IMG/VR virus record: IMGVR_UViG_3300032294_002823
Origin: a virus
Length of the DNA stretch: 64,000 bases
Reading direction: 5' to 3' (one strand)
A program made the position numbers and the translations under genes. The notes under the pieces were generated by a model. The model did no database searches. It had not been told where the DNA came from and saw only the letters and a list, made by a program, of their open reading frames with translations. Shown one piece after another: positions 46,945 to 53,485 of the stretch (within the stretch, counting starts at the first letter, position 1; each line of letters opens with the position of its first letter).

Positions 46945-47832
46945 ATGATTATTGTAGATTATAGCCAGACGGCAATTAGCACTCTCATGGCAGAGCTTCG
47001 TGGGCGGACTGACGCAGAAATCAGTACGCCACTTATTCGCCATATGATTATTAACGCACTACGCAGCTATAAGCTGAAGTATGGAAAAGAGTTTGGGGAA
47101 ATTGTTATTGCCTGTGATAATAAACATTACTGGCGCAAGAAGATGTTCCCATATTACAAGGCAAATAGAAAGAAGGCGCGAGATGATTCTGGTTTCGACT
47201 GGCATGCCATTTTCGAGGCGTTGAATCAAATCAAGCAGGAACTTGCCGAGCATTTCCCCTATCCTGTTGTTGAGGCGGAAACGGCAGAAGCCGATGACAT
47301 CATTGCATCACTGGTAATTTGGTCACAGGATCATGACCTTGTTCAAGAAGGTCTTGATATGGTCCCGCAACCTGTGTTGATCCTATCAGGCGACCATGAC
47401 TTCACACAGCTTCAGCGTTACAAGAACGTGAAGCAGTATAGCCCCATCCACAAGAAGTGGGTGAAGGCGGAAGAAAGCATTGATAAGATTGTCATGGAAC
47501 ATATTCTATTGGGTGACAAGGGTGACGGTGTACCTAACTTTCTTTCACCGGACGATGTGTTTGTAAGTGGTGGTCGGCAGAAGCCTATTCGTAAAAAGGA
47601 TTTGGAAGAATGGAAGAAGCTACCCATCTCACATTGGGATGGTACACCCCATGAGGCAAACATTCGTCGTAATGCCAATTTGGTGGACTTGCGAAATATC
47701 CCAGAGGAGATTGGCCAAACTATTATAAATAACTTCACATCTCAAAAGGATGTTCGGGATAAATCACAATTGCTAAATTATTTTATTGCTCACAAGATGA
47801 AGAATCTCATGGAGCACATCACGGAGTTCTGA
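46945..47832 (+). CDS. rnh: T4-type RNase H (5'-3' exonuclease)
   Basis: IVDYSQ, YWRK..FPYYKANRK, EADDII, SGDHDFTQL, GDKGDGVPN. Confidence 0.95.
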   Translation: MIIVDYSQTAISTLMAELRGRTDAEISTPLIRHMIINALRSYKLKYGKEFGEIVIACDNKHYWRKKMFPYYKANRKKARDDSGFDWHAIFEALNQIKQELAEHFPYPVVEAETAEADDIIASLVIWSQDHDLVQEGLDMVPQPVLILSGDHDFTQLQRYKNVKQYSPIHKKWVKAEESIDKIVMEHILLGDKGDGVPNFLSPDDVFVSGGRQKPIRKKDLEEWKKLPISHWDGTPHEANIRRNANLVDLRNIPEEIGQTIINNFTSQKDVRDKSQLLNYFIAHKMKNLMEHITEF

Positions 47833-47833
47833 T

Positions 47834-48331
47834 ATGAAAGCAACAGCGGTCATGTTGTTAAATGAAAAACTAGATTATATTGCTAAAGGTGAGACACTTG
47901 AAATTCAAGTAAATCGTGCCAGAGAAATTGCACGTTTGGATGTTACATTTGCTCCCTTGATGCGTATGGCAGTTATTGCTGAAGAAAAACTATCAGGGTT
48001 ACCTGACGGTATGCCTGATACATATAAGCCTGAAACAGCCATTCCTGACGGTATTTCTCATACCACAGCACGTCAGGAATTTCGTAGAATAAAAAACTTT
48101 CTACCTAAAGGTTCCATGCAACAAATACCTACACACAAAAGAGAGCTTAGTTGGTTACAAATGCTCGAAGGAATGCACTGGAAGGAAGCCAATGTCATGG
48201 TCCACATTAAGGATCAAACATTACTTCAAGTGTACCCAAACATGCGTGAGGTCTTGACAACCTTAGGTGCAAAGATTAATATCAAAGAAGTAGCACAAGA
48301 AACAAAAAAGAAAAAGCCCAAAAAGACGTAA
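47834..48331 (+). CDS. Conserved T4-like hypothetical protein
   Basis: LPDG.P, KRE..W.Q.LEG.H..EA....IKD; common neighbour of rnh. Confidence 0.75.
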   Translation: MKATAVMLLNEKLDYIAKGETLEIQVNRAREIARLDVTFAPLMRMAVIAEEKLSGLPDGMPDTYKPETAIPDGISHTTARQEFRRIKNFLPKGSMQQIPTHKRELSWLQMLEGMHWKEANVMVHIKDQTLLQVYPNMREVLTTLGAKINIKEVAQETKKKKPKKT

Positions 48332-48350
48332 AGTGTAATCTACATCTACG

Positions 48351-48390
48351 TACCCTGGGGCTTGACAAATGAGTCCCAGGGTATTATATT
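48351..48390 (+). terminator. Terminator-like hairpin fused with the first tRNA-array promoter
   Basis: taccctggggcttg-acaaa-tgagtcccagggta then TTATATTT; contains TTGACA 48362 and TATATT 48385. Confidence 0.65.
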
Positions 48391-48431
48391 TAAGTATAGT
48401 GAAAAACAACAAAAAAGTTTCAAAGTAGGGC

Positions 48432-48459
48432 TTGACAAACGAAGGAACTGTGTTAGATT
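48432..48459 (+). promoter_or_regulatory. Second (tandem) tRNA-array promoter
   Basis: TTGACA-16 nt-TAGATT with an A-rich upstream tract. Confidence 0.7.
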
Positions 48460-48496
48460 ACATATGTGTTCGCTAATTGACAACTACAGTACTTAC

Positions 48497-48568
48497 GCCG
48501 CGTTCGTCTATCGGTTAGGACGCTAGACTTTCACTCTGGTAAGATGGGTTCGATTCCCATACGCGGTA
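48497..48568 (+). tRNA. tRNA-Glu(TTC)
   Basis: Cloverleaf, anticodon loop ctTTCac. Confidence 0.92.
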
Positions 48569-48571
48569 CTT

Positions 48572-48746
48572 CTCGTCAACTTTGTAGGGTGATTTGACGT
48601 TAAATGCAGAACTCTACCGCTATTCATATTCGGCGCAGGAATATGGGCTTGGCAACGTGTCGGATGTTGCAAAAGGTGAGGGGGAAGTAGGCGCGACTAC
48701 TGACCACCTTGGGTAACTAGAAACTACCCGAACATACTCCCCCTCT
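48572..48746 (+). ncRNA. Candidate structured ncRNA with two pseudoknots
   Basis: Eight predicted helices in ~175 nt between tRNA-Glu and tRNA-Gln; no credible ORF. Confidence 0.6.
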
Positions 48747-48748
48747 AC

Positions 48749-48819
48749 TGCCCTCTCGTATAATGGCAATACAGTTGACTTTGGATCAACGAATCGTGGT
48801 TCGATTCCATGGAGGGCAA
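48749..48819 (+). tRNA. tRNA-Gln(TTG)
   Basis: Cloverleaf, loop ctTTGga. Confidence 0.92.
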
Positions 48820-48858
48820 TGTAGTACCCGTCAATAAAAAACAAACAAAGGAGATAAT

Positions 48859-49029
48859 ATGCGTAATATGATTTTTGCAGTAGCACTTGTTGGTCTTGCC
48901 GCTTGTGGTAGCAAGGAAGAAACCGCAGTTGATACCACAGTTGCCGCCCCTGCTGATACGGCAGCTGCTGTAACGGTTCCTGACAGTGCAGTAACCAGCG
49001 CACCACTTGACACAGTGGTAGCCAAGTAA
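48859..49029 (+). CDS. Small lipoprotein (56 aa, below ORF-track cutoff)
   Basis: MRNMIFAVALVGLAA-C lipobox; Ala/Thr/Asp/Pro-rich body; RBS AGGAG. Confidence 0.8.
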   Translation: MRNMIFAVALVGLAACGSKEETAVDTTVAAPADTAAAVTVPDSAVTSAPLDTVVAK

Positions 49030-49032
49030 TAA

Positions 49033-49054
49033 AGTAGGTCCTTCGGGACCTACT
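49033..49054 (+). terminator. Stable cUUCGg hairpin after the lipoprotein gene
   Basis: agtaggtcc-TTCG-ggacctact; no U-tract, so may be a stabiliser or processing signal. Confidence 0.55.
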
Positions 49055-49057
49055 CAC

Positions 49058-49130
49058 GGGTCCATAGCTCAGCTGGGAGAGCGTCCGCTTTGCAAGCGAA
49101 AGGTCGTCGGTTCGATCCCGACTGGATCCA
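49058..49130 (+). tRNA. tRNA-Ala(TGC)
   Basis: Cloverleaf, G3:U70, loop ttTGCaa. Confidence 0.93.
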
Positions 49131-49134
49131 TATT

Positions 49135-49208
49135 GGGTGGTTAGCTCAGTTGGTTAGAGCATCTCGTTTACACCGAGAGGGTCGGGGGTTCGAGTCCCTC
49201 ACTACCCA
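49135..49208 (+). tRNA. tRNA-Val(TAC)
   Basis: Cloverleaf, loop ttTACac. Confidence 0.94.
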
Positions 49209-49222
49209 TAACAAGGAGAAAC

Positions 49223-49438
49223 ATGAATACAGTTACCATACATGCTCATGTAAAGACACTTGACAATTGTATATGGATTGTGCATATTAATGATGTGCGA
49301 CATGAGGCAACTGATGTCATCATCAATTGTAAATCATACACAACAAGAAAATCAGAAAAAGATAAAATAGGTATGTGGAGAATCATATGTCACCCTGAAC
49401 GGGTGTCATGGCAAGACAAAACATGTATTCTTGATTAG
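49223..49438 (+). CDS. Hypothetical protein
   Basis: RBS AGGAG; fills gap between tRNAs. Confidence 0.6.
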   Translation: MNTVTIHAHVKTLDNCIWIVHINDVRHEATDVIINCKSYTTRKSEKDKIGMWRIICHPERVSWQDKTCILD

Positions 49439-49521
49439 GCTCTGGTGGCGGAATGGTATACGCGGCGGTCTCAAAAACCGCTTCCCACCCGGGATTGCGA
49501 GTTCGAGTCTCGCCCGGAGCA
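49439..49521 (+). tRNA. tRNA-Leu(CAA)
   Basis: Class II cloverleaf, loop ctCAAaa. Confidence 0.92.
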
Positions 49522-49524
49522 TAA

Positions 49525-49609
49525 GGACAGTTGGCAGAGTGGTCTATTGCAGCGGTCTTGAAAACCGCCGTACTGAAAGGTACCGAGAGTTCGAATCCCT
49601 CACTGTCCG
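49525..49609 (+). tRNA. tRNA-Ser(TGA)
   Basis: Class II cloverleaf, loop ctTGAaa, G discriminator. Confidence 0.92.
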
Positions 49610-49630
49610 TGACTTTATCATGAGGTACTG

Positions 49631-50005
49631 ATGCCTTATAAAATTACAAATTCTGAAAAGAAGGATGTATCTGATAAAACCTATTGGATGAAAACGCTAC
49701 ACAATGGGAAAAAGATATATCTGGAAGATGAAATATGGTATCGGTCGGGTGAGGTGATTGTTGAAGATGACCCCCGTGAGAATGGTTGGAAAGAAGGTGA
49801 ACCATTAGTTGCAGGTGATTTTAACATCACAGACCATAACTTAAATGATGGATGTTGGTCAGATAGGTATGGGGTGGAAGAGTTATCGAAAAAAGAACAG
49901 AAACTTCTTGAAGAAGTAATGTTCTTGGATGAGGCAGGTTGGGAAGCATATGACTCAGAGATTACATTCTACGGTCCTGTAGAAATTGAAGAAGTAGATG
50001 AATGA
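49631..50005 (+). CDS. Hypothetical acidic protein
   Basis: RBS GAGG; ORF between tRNAs. Confidence 0.7.
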   Translation: MPYKITNSEKKDVSDKTYWMKTLHNGKKIYLEDEIWYRSGEVIVEDDPRENGWKEGEPLVAGDFNITDHNLNDGCWSDRYGVEELSKKEQKLLEEVMFLDEAGWEAYDSEITFYGPVEIEEVDE

Positions 50006-50078
50006 GCGTCGGTAGCTCAATTGGTAGAGCACTGGTCTCCAAAACCAGGGGTTGGGGGTTCGATTCCCTCCCGGCGTG
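50006..50078 (+). tRNA. tRNA-Trp(CCA)
   Basis: Cloverleaf, loop ctCCAaa. Confidence 0.92.
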
Positions 50079-50081
50079 TGC

Positions 50082-50164
50082 GCGCTCATGGCGGAACTGG
50101 CAGACGCACCAGACTTAGGATCTGGCGGTGAAGAACCGTGGGGGTTCAACTCCCTCTGGGCGCA
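50082..50164 (+). tRNA. tRNA-Leu(TAG)
   Basis: Class II cloverleaf, loop ctTAGga. Confidence 0.92.
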
Positions 50165-50172
50165 TGAAGGGC

Positions 50173-50201
50173 TTGACAAATGAAGTACACTGTAGTATAT
50201 T
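50173..50201 (+). promoter_or_regulatory. Internal tRNA-array promoter
   Basis: TTGACA-17 nt-TATATT. Confidence 0.78.
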
Positions 50202-50242
50202 ACATATGTTAATTGAAAATGAATGAATGGCAGTAATGAAAT

Positions 50243-50325
50243 GCTCCGATGGTGAAATCGGTAAACACAGGAGACTTAAAATCTCCCGCCCCAAAGGCTT
50301 GTCGGTTCGATTCCGACTCGGAGCA
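50243..50325 (+). tRNA. tRNA-Leu(TAA)
   Basis: Class II cloverleaf, loop ctTAAaa. Confidence 0.93.
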
Positions 50326-50336
50326 CTGTAGTAAAA

Positions 50337-50440
50337 TAGTTGGCAGTGAAGCACACCCACTTCACGTTAGCTCCCTCAATGACGGTATGAACTGGTCGTA
50401 ACACTGGTGCGTAGGGCTCCTACGGGTTCCGTCCCAACTA
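50337..50440 (+). ncRNA. Candidate structured small RNA (multi-stem junction)
   Basis: Closing stem tagttgg/ccaacta enclosing the hairpins gtgaag/cttcac, atgac/gtcgt and cgtagg/cctacg. Confidence 0.45.
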
Positions 50441-50457
50441 AGTATTAATACAGTAAT

Positions 50458-50531
50458 GCACCCCTAGTGTCAGCGGTTAGCACAAGAGACTTTTAATCTT
50501 TTAGGGCTGGGTTCGAATCCCAGGGGGTGCA
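50458..50531 (+). tRNA. tRNA-Lys(TTT)
   Basis: Cloverleaf, loop ctTTTaa. Confidence 0.9.
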
Positions 50532-50589
50532 CTTGTAGGACGATGAGCAACGGAAACCAATCAGACCTTAAGTCCACTGGTAATACATT

Positions 50590-50662
50590 CCGCCTGTAGC
50601 TCATCGGTTAGAGTGGCCGTCTTATAAACGGTTGGTAGATGGTTCAATTCCATCCAGGCGGA
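50590..50662 (+). tRNA. tRNA-Ile(TAT)
   Basis: Cloverleaf, gccgt-ctTATaa-acggt. Confidence 0.85.
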
Positions 50663-50686
50663 TTACATTATGGTACGGAGAGATAT

Positions 50687-50896
50687 ATGAAACAAAGAAT
50701 TATCAATATGCTTCGCACACAGGCCGAAGCAGAACGTGAGAAGGCGCTACTTTCATTGGAGTTATTGATGAATCATCCGGTAGGTATCGGTGACCACTCA
50801 ACAGGTGATTTTTATAAGAATGCAGAAGAAGCATTACAGATGCTTGTTGATGCCGAAGATAAGTTGGAAACATTGAATAAGTATTTTTCTGAATAA
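50687..50896 (+). CDS. Conserved small phage protein
   Basis: HPVGIGDHS motif; RBS GGAG. Confidence 0.75.
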   Translation: MKQRIINMLRTQAEAEREKALLSLELLMNHPVGIGDHSTGDFYKNAEEALQMLVDAEDKLETLNKYFSE

Positions 50897-50903
50897 AGTA
50901 GTT

Positions 50904-50975
50904 GCACGTGTCATATAACGGCTATTATCCTAGCCTTCCAAGCTAGAGACATGGGTTCGACTCCCATCACGTGCT
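50904..50975 (+). tRNA. tRNA-Gly(TCC)
   Basis: Cloverleaf, loop ctTCCaa, U discriminator. Confidence 0.92.
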
Positions 50976-50994
50976 TGTCATAAATAAGTTTATT

Positions 50995-51078
50995 GCTCCT
51001 GTCGCATAACGGTTGATTGCACTGGTTTTGTAAACCAGCACATAAGAAACATTGTGGGTTCGAATCCCACCGGGAGCT
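50995..51078 (+). tRNA. tRNA-Thr(TGT) with an unusually long variable region
   Basis: ctggt-ttTGTaa-accag; 15-nt variable region 51039-51053. Confidence 0.75.
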
Positions 51079-51091
51079 CTTAGTAGAAAAG

Positions 51092-51125
51092 TACGACCTT
51101 ATAAATAGATATATAGGAGGTCGTA
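51092..51125 (+). promoter_or_regulatory. Late promoter inside an RBS-occluding hairpin
   Basis: tacgacct/aggtcgta stem enclosing TATAAATA (51100-51107) and covering part of GGAGG and the A of ATG. Confidence 0.75.
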
Positions 51126-51514
51126 TGAATTGTAAAAATTGCAATAGTTCTATTTCAAAAATCAAATTATTTTGTGATAACAAATGTCAGCAAGCCTTTC
51201 AATATAAGAAGTCATTAGATGAATGGTTAGGTGGAAAAAATTTTATCAGAAAAGGCGGCGTATCTGTGCCTGTTTGGATGAGAAGATATTTGTTAGATGA
51301 AACAAAGCATCAATGTGTTGAATGCGGATGGGGTAAAGAAAATCAGTATACAAAAACTGTACCTCTAGACATAGACCACATTGACGGAGATGCATATAAT
51401 AATTTGAGGGAGAATCTAAGAGTCTTGTGTCCTAATTGTCATTCATTGAAAAAGACTTTTAAAAACACAGGTCGCAGAAAATCTACAAGAAACAGAAAGA
51501 ATCTGCATCCTTAG
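51125..51514 (+). mobile_element. HNH homing endonuclease in the tRNA array
   Basis: CKNC..FCDNKC zinc finger; CVECG, DIDHIDGD..NN..ENL.VLCPNCH. Confidence 0.88.
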
Positions 51515-51577
51515 CTCAATTGGCAGAGCATGTGACTCTTAATCACCAGGTTGTAGGTTCGATTCCTACAGGATGCA
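51505..51577 (+). tRNA. tRNA-Lys(CTT)
   Basis: Cloverleaf, loop ctCTTaa. Confidence 0.92.
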
Positions 51578-51580
51578 TTT

Positions 51581-51653
51581 GCGGGTGTAGCTCAGTTGGT
51601 AGAGCGCAACCTTGCCAAGGTTGATGTCGTGGGTTCGAGTCCCATCTCCCGCT
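51581..51653 (+). tRNA. tRNA-Gly(GCC)
   Basis: Cloverleaf, loop ttGCCaa. Confidence 0.93.
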
Positions 51654-51662
51654 CTTTGAATC

Positions 51663-51735
51663 GCCTCTGTAGCTCAGTTGGTAGAGCGCCAGCCTGAAGA
51701 GCTGGGCGTCGGCGGTTCGACTCCGTCCGGAGGCA
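51663..51735 (+). tRNA. tRNA-Phe(GAA)
   Basis: Cloverleaf, loop ctGAAga. Confidence 0.94.
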
Positions 51736-51750
51736 CTGTAGTACAACCAT

Positions 51751-51823
51751 TCCCAGATAGCTCAGTCGGTAGAGCAGGTGACTGTTAATCACCGGGTCGG
51801 GGGTTCAAGTCCCTCTCTGGGAG
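51751..51823 (+). tRNA. tRNA-Asn(GTT)
   Basis: Cloverleaf, loop ctGTTaa. Confidence 0.94.
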
Positions 51824-51846
51824 CTAATTTAACTTAATGAGATATT

Positions 51847-52122
51847 ATGAAAGACATTTTATTTGCAAAACCCAGAACGTTAACAGAAACAGAAGAACAC
51901 ATTATTGTGAAACGCAAGTGGTGGGCGGTGGTACTGCTGATTATTGGCGGTGTTATTCTTGCGGGTAGATTACCTGTACCTCTGTTTATTCCCTATGTGT
52001 TTTTCTTTTTTGGTCATGGAGGCATGTTACATAGCTTCTATAAGAAGCATGATTATCCCATGGTTATTGTCAATGCCGTTTGGCTACTCATTGATATGAT
52101 TGGTATGATTCGCTGGTTTTAA
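51847..52122 (+). CDS. Small membrane protein
   Basis: Three hydrophobic segments. Confidence 0.7.
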   Translation: MKDILFAKPRTLTETEEHIIVKRKWWAVVLLIIGGVILAGRLPVPLFIPYVFFFFGHGGMLHSFYKKHDYPMVIVNAVWLLIDMIGMIRWF

Positions 52123-52123
52123 T

Positions 52124-52519
52124 ATGAAAGTTTCCATTGGTCGCTATCCAAAAGATCCAAACAAAGAACGGAAGATTTCTGTGAAAATTGATCCATGGGA
52201 TACGTGGAGTATGGATGTGACATTGGCGCATATCATTCTTCCTATGCTCAAGCAATTGAAGGAAACAAAACAGGGCGCGCCATATGTTGATGACGAAGAT
52301 GTACCTGAACACCTCCGCAAATCAGCAGCTCCACCAACTGAAAATGAGTGGGATACGGATGACAATCATTTCAAACGGTGGGATTATGTTCTTGATGAAA
52401 TGATTTTTGCGTTTGAAAGTAAACAAAATTGTACTTGGGTGGAAAAATATGTAAACCAAGTACGTATCATTAATGGACTTCGATTGTTTGGAAAATATTA
52501 CGAAAGTTTATGGGACTAA
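52124..52519 (+). CDS. Conserved phage hypothetical protein
   Basis: DTWSMD.TLA.II.PML..LK....GAP...RWDYVLDEMI.AF...GL.LFGKYY..LWD. Confidence 0.8.
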   Translation: MKVSIGRYPKDPNKERKISVKIDPWDTWSMDVTLAHIILPMLKQLKETKQGAPYVDDEDVPEHLRKSAAPPTENEWDTDDNHFKRWDYVLDEMIFAFESKQNCTWVEKYVNQVRIINGLRLFGKYYESLWD

Positions 52520-52522
52520 ATC

Positions 52523-52792
52523 ATGTATAAAAAATATGAATATGAAAAGACCACACTCACCGCTCAGAGTTACAACAACAAGATTTCAGTAGAACTTCCT
52601 GCTGACATCACGTTGAATGAATTTCTTGATGCATGCCGTGTACTGGCTATTGGATTAACCTTTTGTCCTGACTCTTGGAAAGAGACCATCATTAATTTGG
52701 CTGATGAATATCGTGAACTTGATGAATATCGTGAAAAAAAATTCACACTCGGCAGTTCTGTATCTAGCACTGATGATGAATTTTTTCTATGA
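52523..52792 (+). CDS. Hypothetical protein
   Basis: ORF in operon context. Confidence 0.6.
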   Translation: MYKKYEYEKTTLTAQSYNNKISVELPADITLNEFLDACRVLAIGLTFCPDSWKETIINLADEYRELDEYREKKFTLGSSVSSTDDEFFL

Positions 52793-53148
52793 GATTTCTC
52801 ACACGAAAGCTCGTACAACCCGGTGATTTAAATGCGGGCAGCACCTTGTTTGGAGGAAGATGTTTGGCGTGGATTGACGAAGAAGCCGCAATCTACGCCA
52901 GTATTGAATTACGTCATCGTAGAGTTGTTACCAAAAGCATCTCCGCCATCAACTTCATTGCTCCTGCCTTTCAAGGAGACATTGTTGAAATTGGCGTTGC
53001 ACTAAAGAAAGTAGGCAAGACGAGCATCACGCTTGAGGTTCAGGTACGGGACTTGACAACTCAGCGTGTTATTGTTAATATTGATGAAATGATTTTTGTT
53101 GCTGTTGATGAAAATGGGAGACCGGTGAAACATGGACTCTGTAAATAA
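52789..53148 (+). CDS. Hotdog-fold acyl-CoA thioesterase (YciA-like)
   Basis: PGDLN..TLFGG..LAWIDEEA, F.AP...GDIV, VGKTSI, FVAVDENGRP. Confidence 0.9.
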   Translation: MRFLTRKLVQPGDLNAGSTLFGGRCLAWIDEEAAIYASIELRHRRVVTKSISAINFIAPAFQGDIVEIGVALKKVGKTSITLEVQVRDLTTQRVIVNIDEMIFVAVDENGRPVKHGLCK

Positions 53149-53485
53149 GTTTGTCGTTGCCACAGGTGTATGGATCATTCTCACTCTTGTTGTGTATAAA
53201 CACATAGGATGGGAAAAGGTTCGTGAATGTTATTTGTTATGGACGAAACGAGAATATTGGACCAATTATAACATTGTTGAAGCCTTGAGCTGGTTTGCCA
53301 AGGCTATTATCATTGTTCCTGGATTAATCTTCAATGTTAGTATCTGGTGGTTATATTTCTTCACGCTGTTCACAAGTTTAACCTTAATTTGGGCAAGTAA
53401 TAAAAAACTTCTCCCCACCCTAGTAGGATTCAATACATTATGGGCATGGATTAGTTGTATGGTACTTGCAAAACACATACTATGA
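53132..53485 (+). CDS. Membrane protein
   Basis: Multiple hydrophobic helices; KKLLPTLVGFN. Confidence 0.7.
   Translation: MDSVNKFVVATGVWIILTLVVYKHIGWEKVRECYLLWTKREYWTNYNIVEALSWFAKAIIIVPGLIFNVSIWWLYFFTLFTSLTLIWASNKKLLPTLVGFNTLWAWISCMVLAKHIL

Noticed and set aside
18567-47731. TATAAATA copies inside genes (18567, 18652, 47724)
   Set aside because: Expected by chance in AT-rich coding DNA; only copies just upstream of a gene start were annotated
48572-48746. tmRNA or RNase P RNA
   Set aside because: No tRNA-like Ala acceptor ends or tag ending in AA; no RNase P GAGGAAAGUCC-type core
49525-50325. Suppressor tRNAs / stop-codon reassignment
   Set aside because: Anticodons TGA, TAG and TAA read TCA, CTA and TTA sense codons; no CTA/TTA/TCA anticodon found; core genes are intact in the standard code and use all three stops
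50532-50589. Small ribozyme (hammerhead or HDV-like) after tRNA-Lys
   Set aside because: gatgag...gaaac is suggestive, but the CUGANGA core and required stems could not be built
48620-51792. Short ORFs overlapping tRNA genes (e.g. 49431, 49955, 50115, 51543, 51592)
   Set aside because: Artefacts of tRNA sequence
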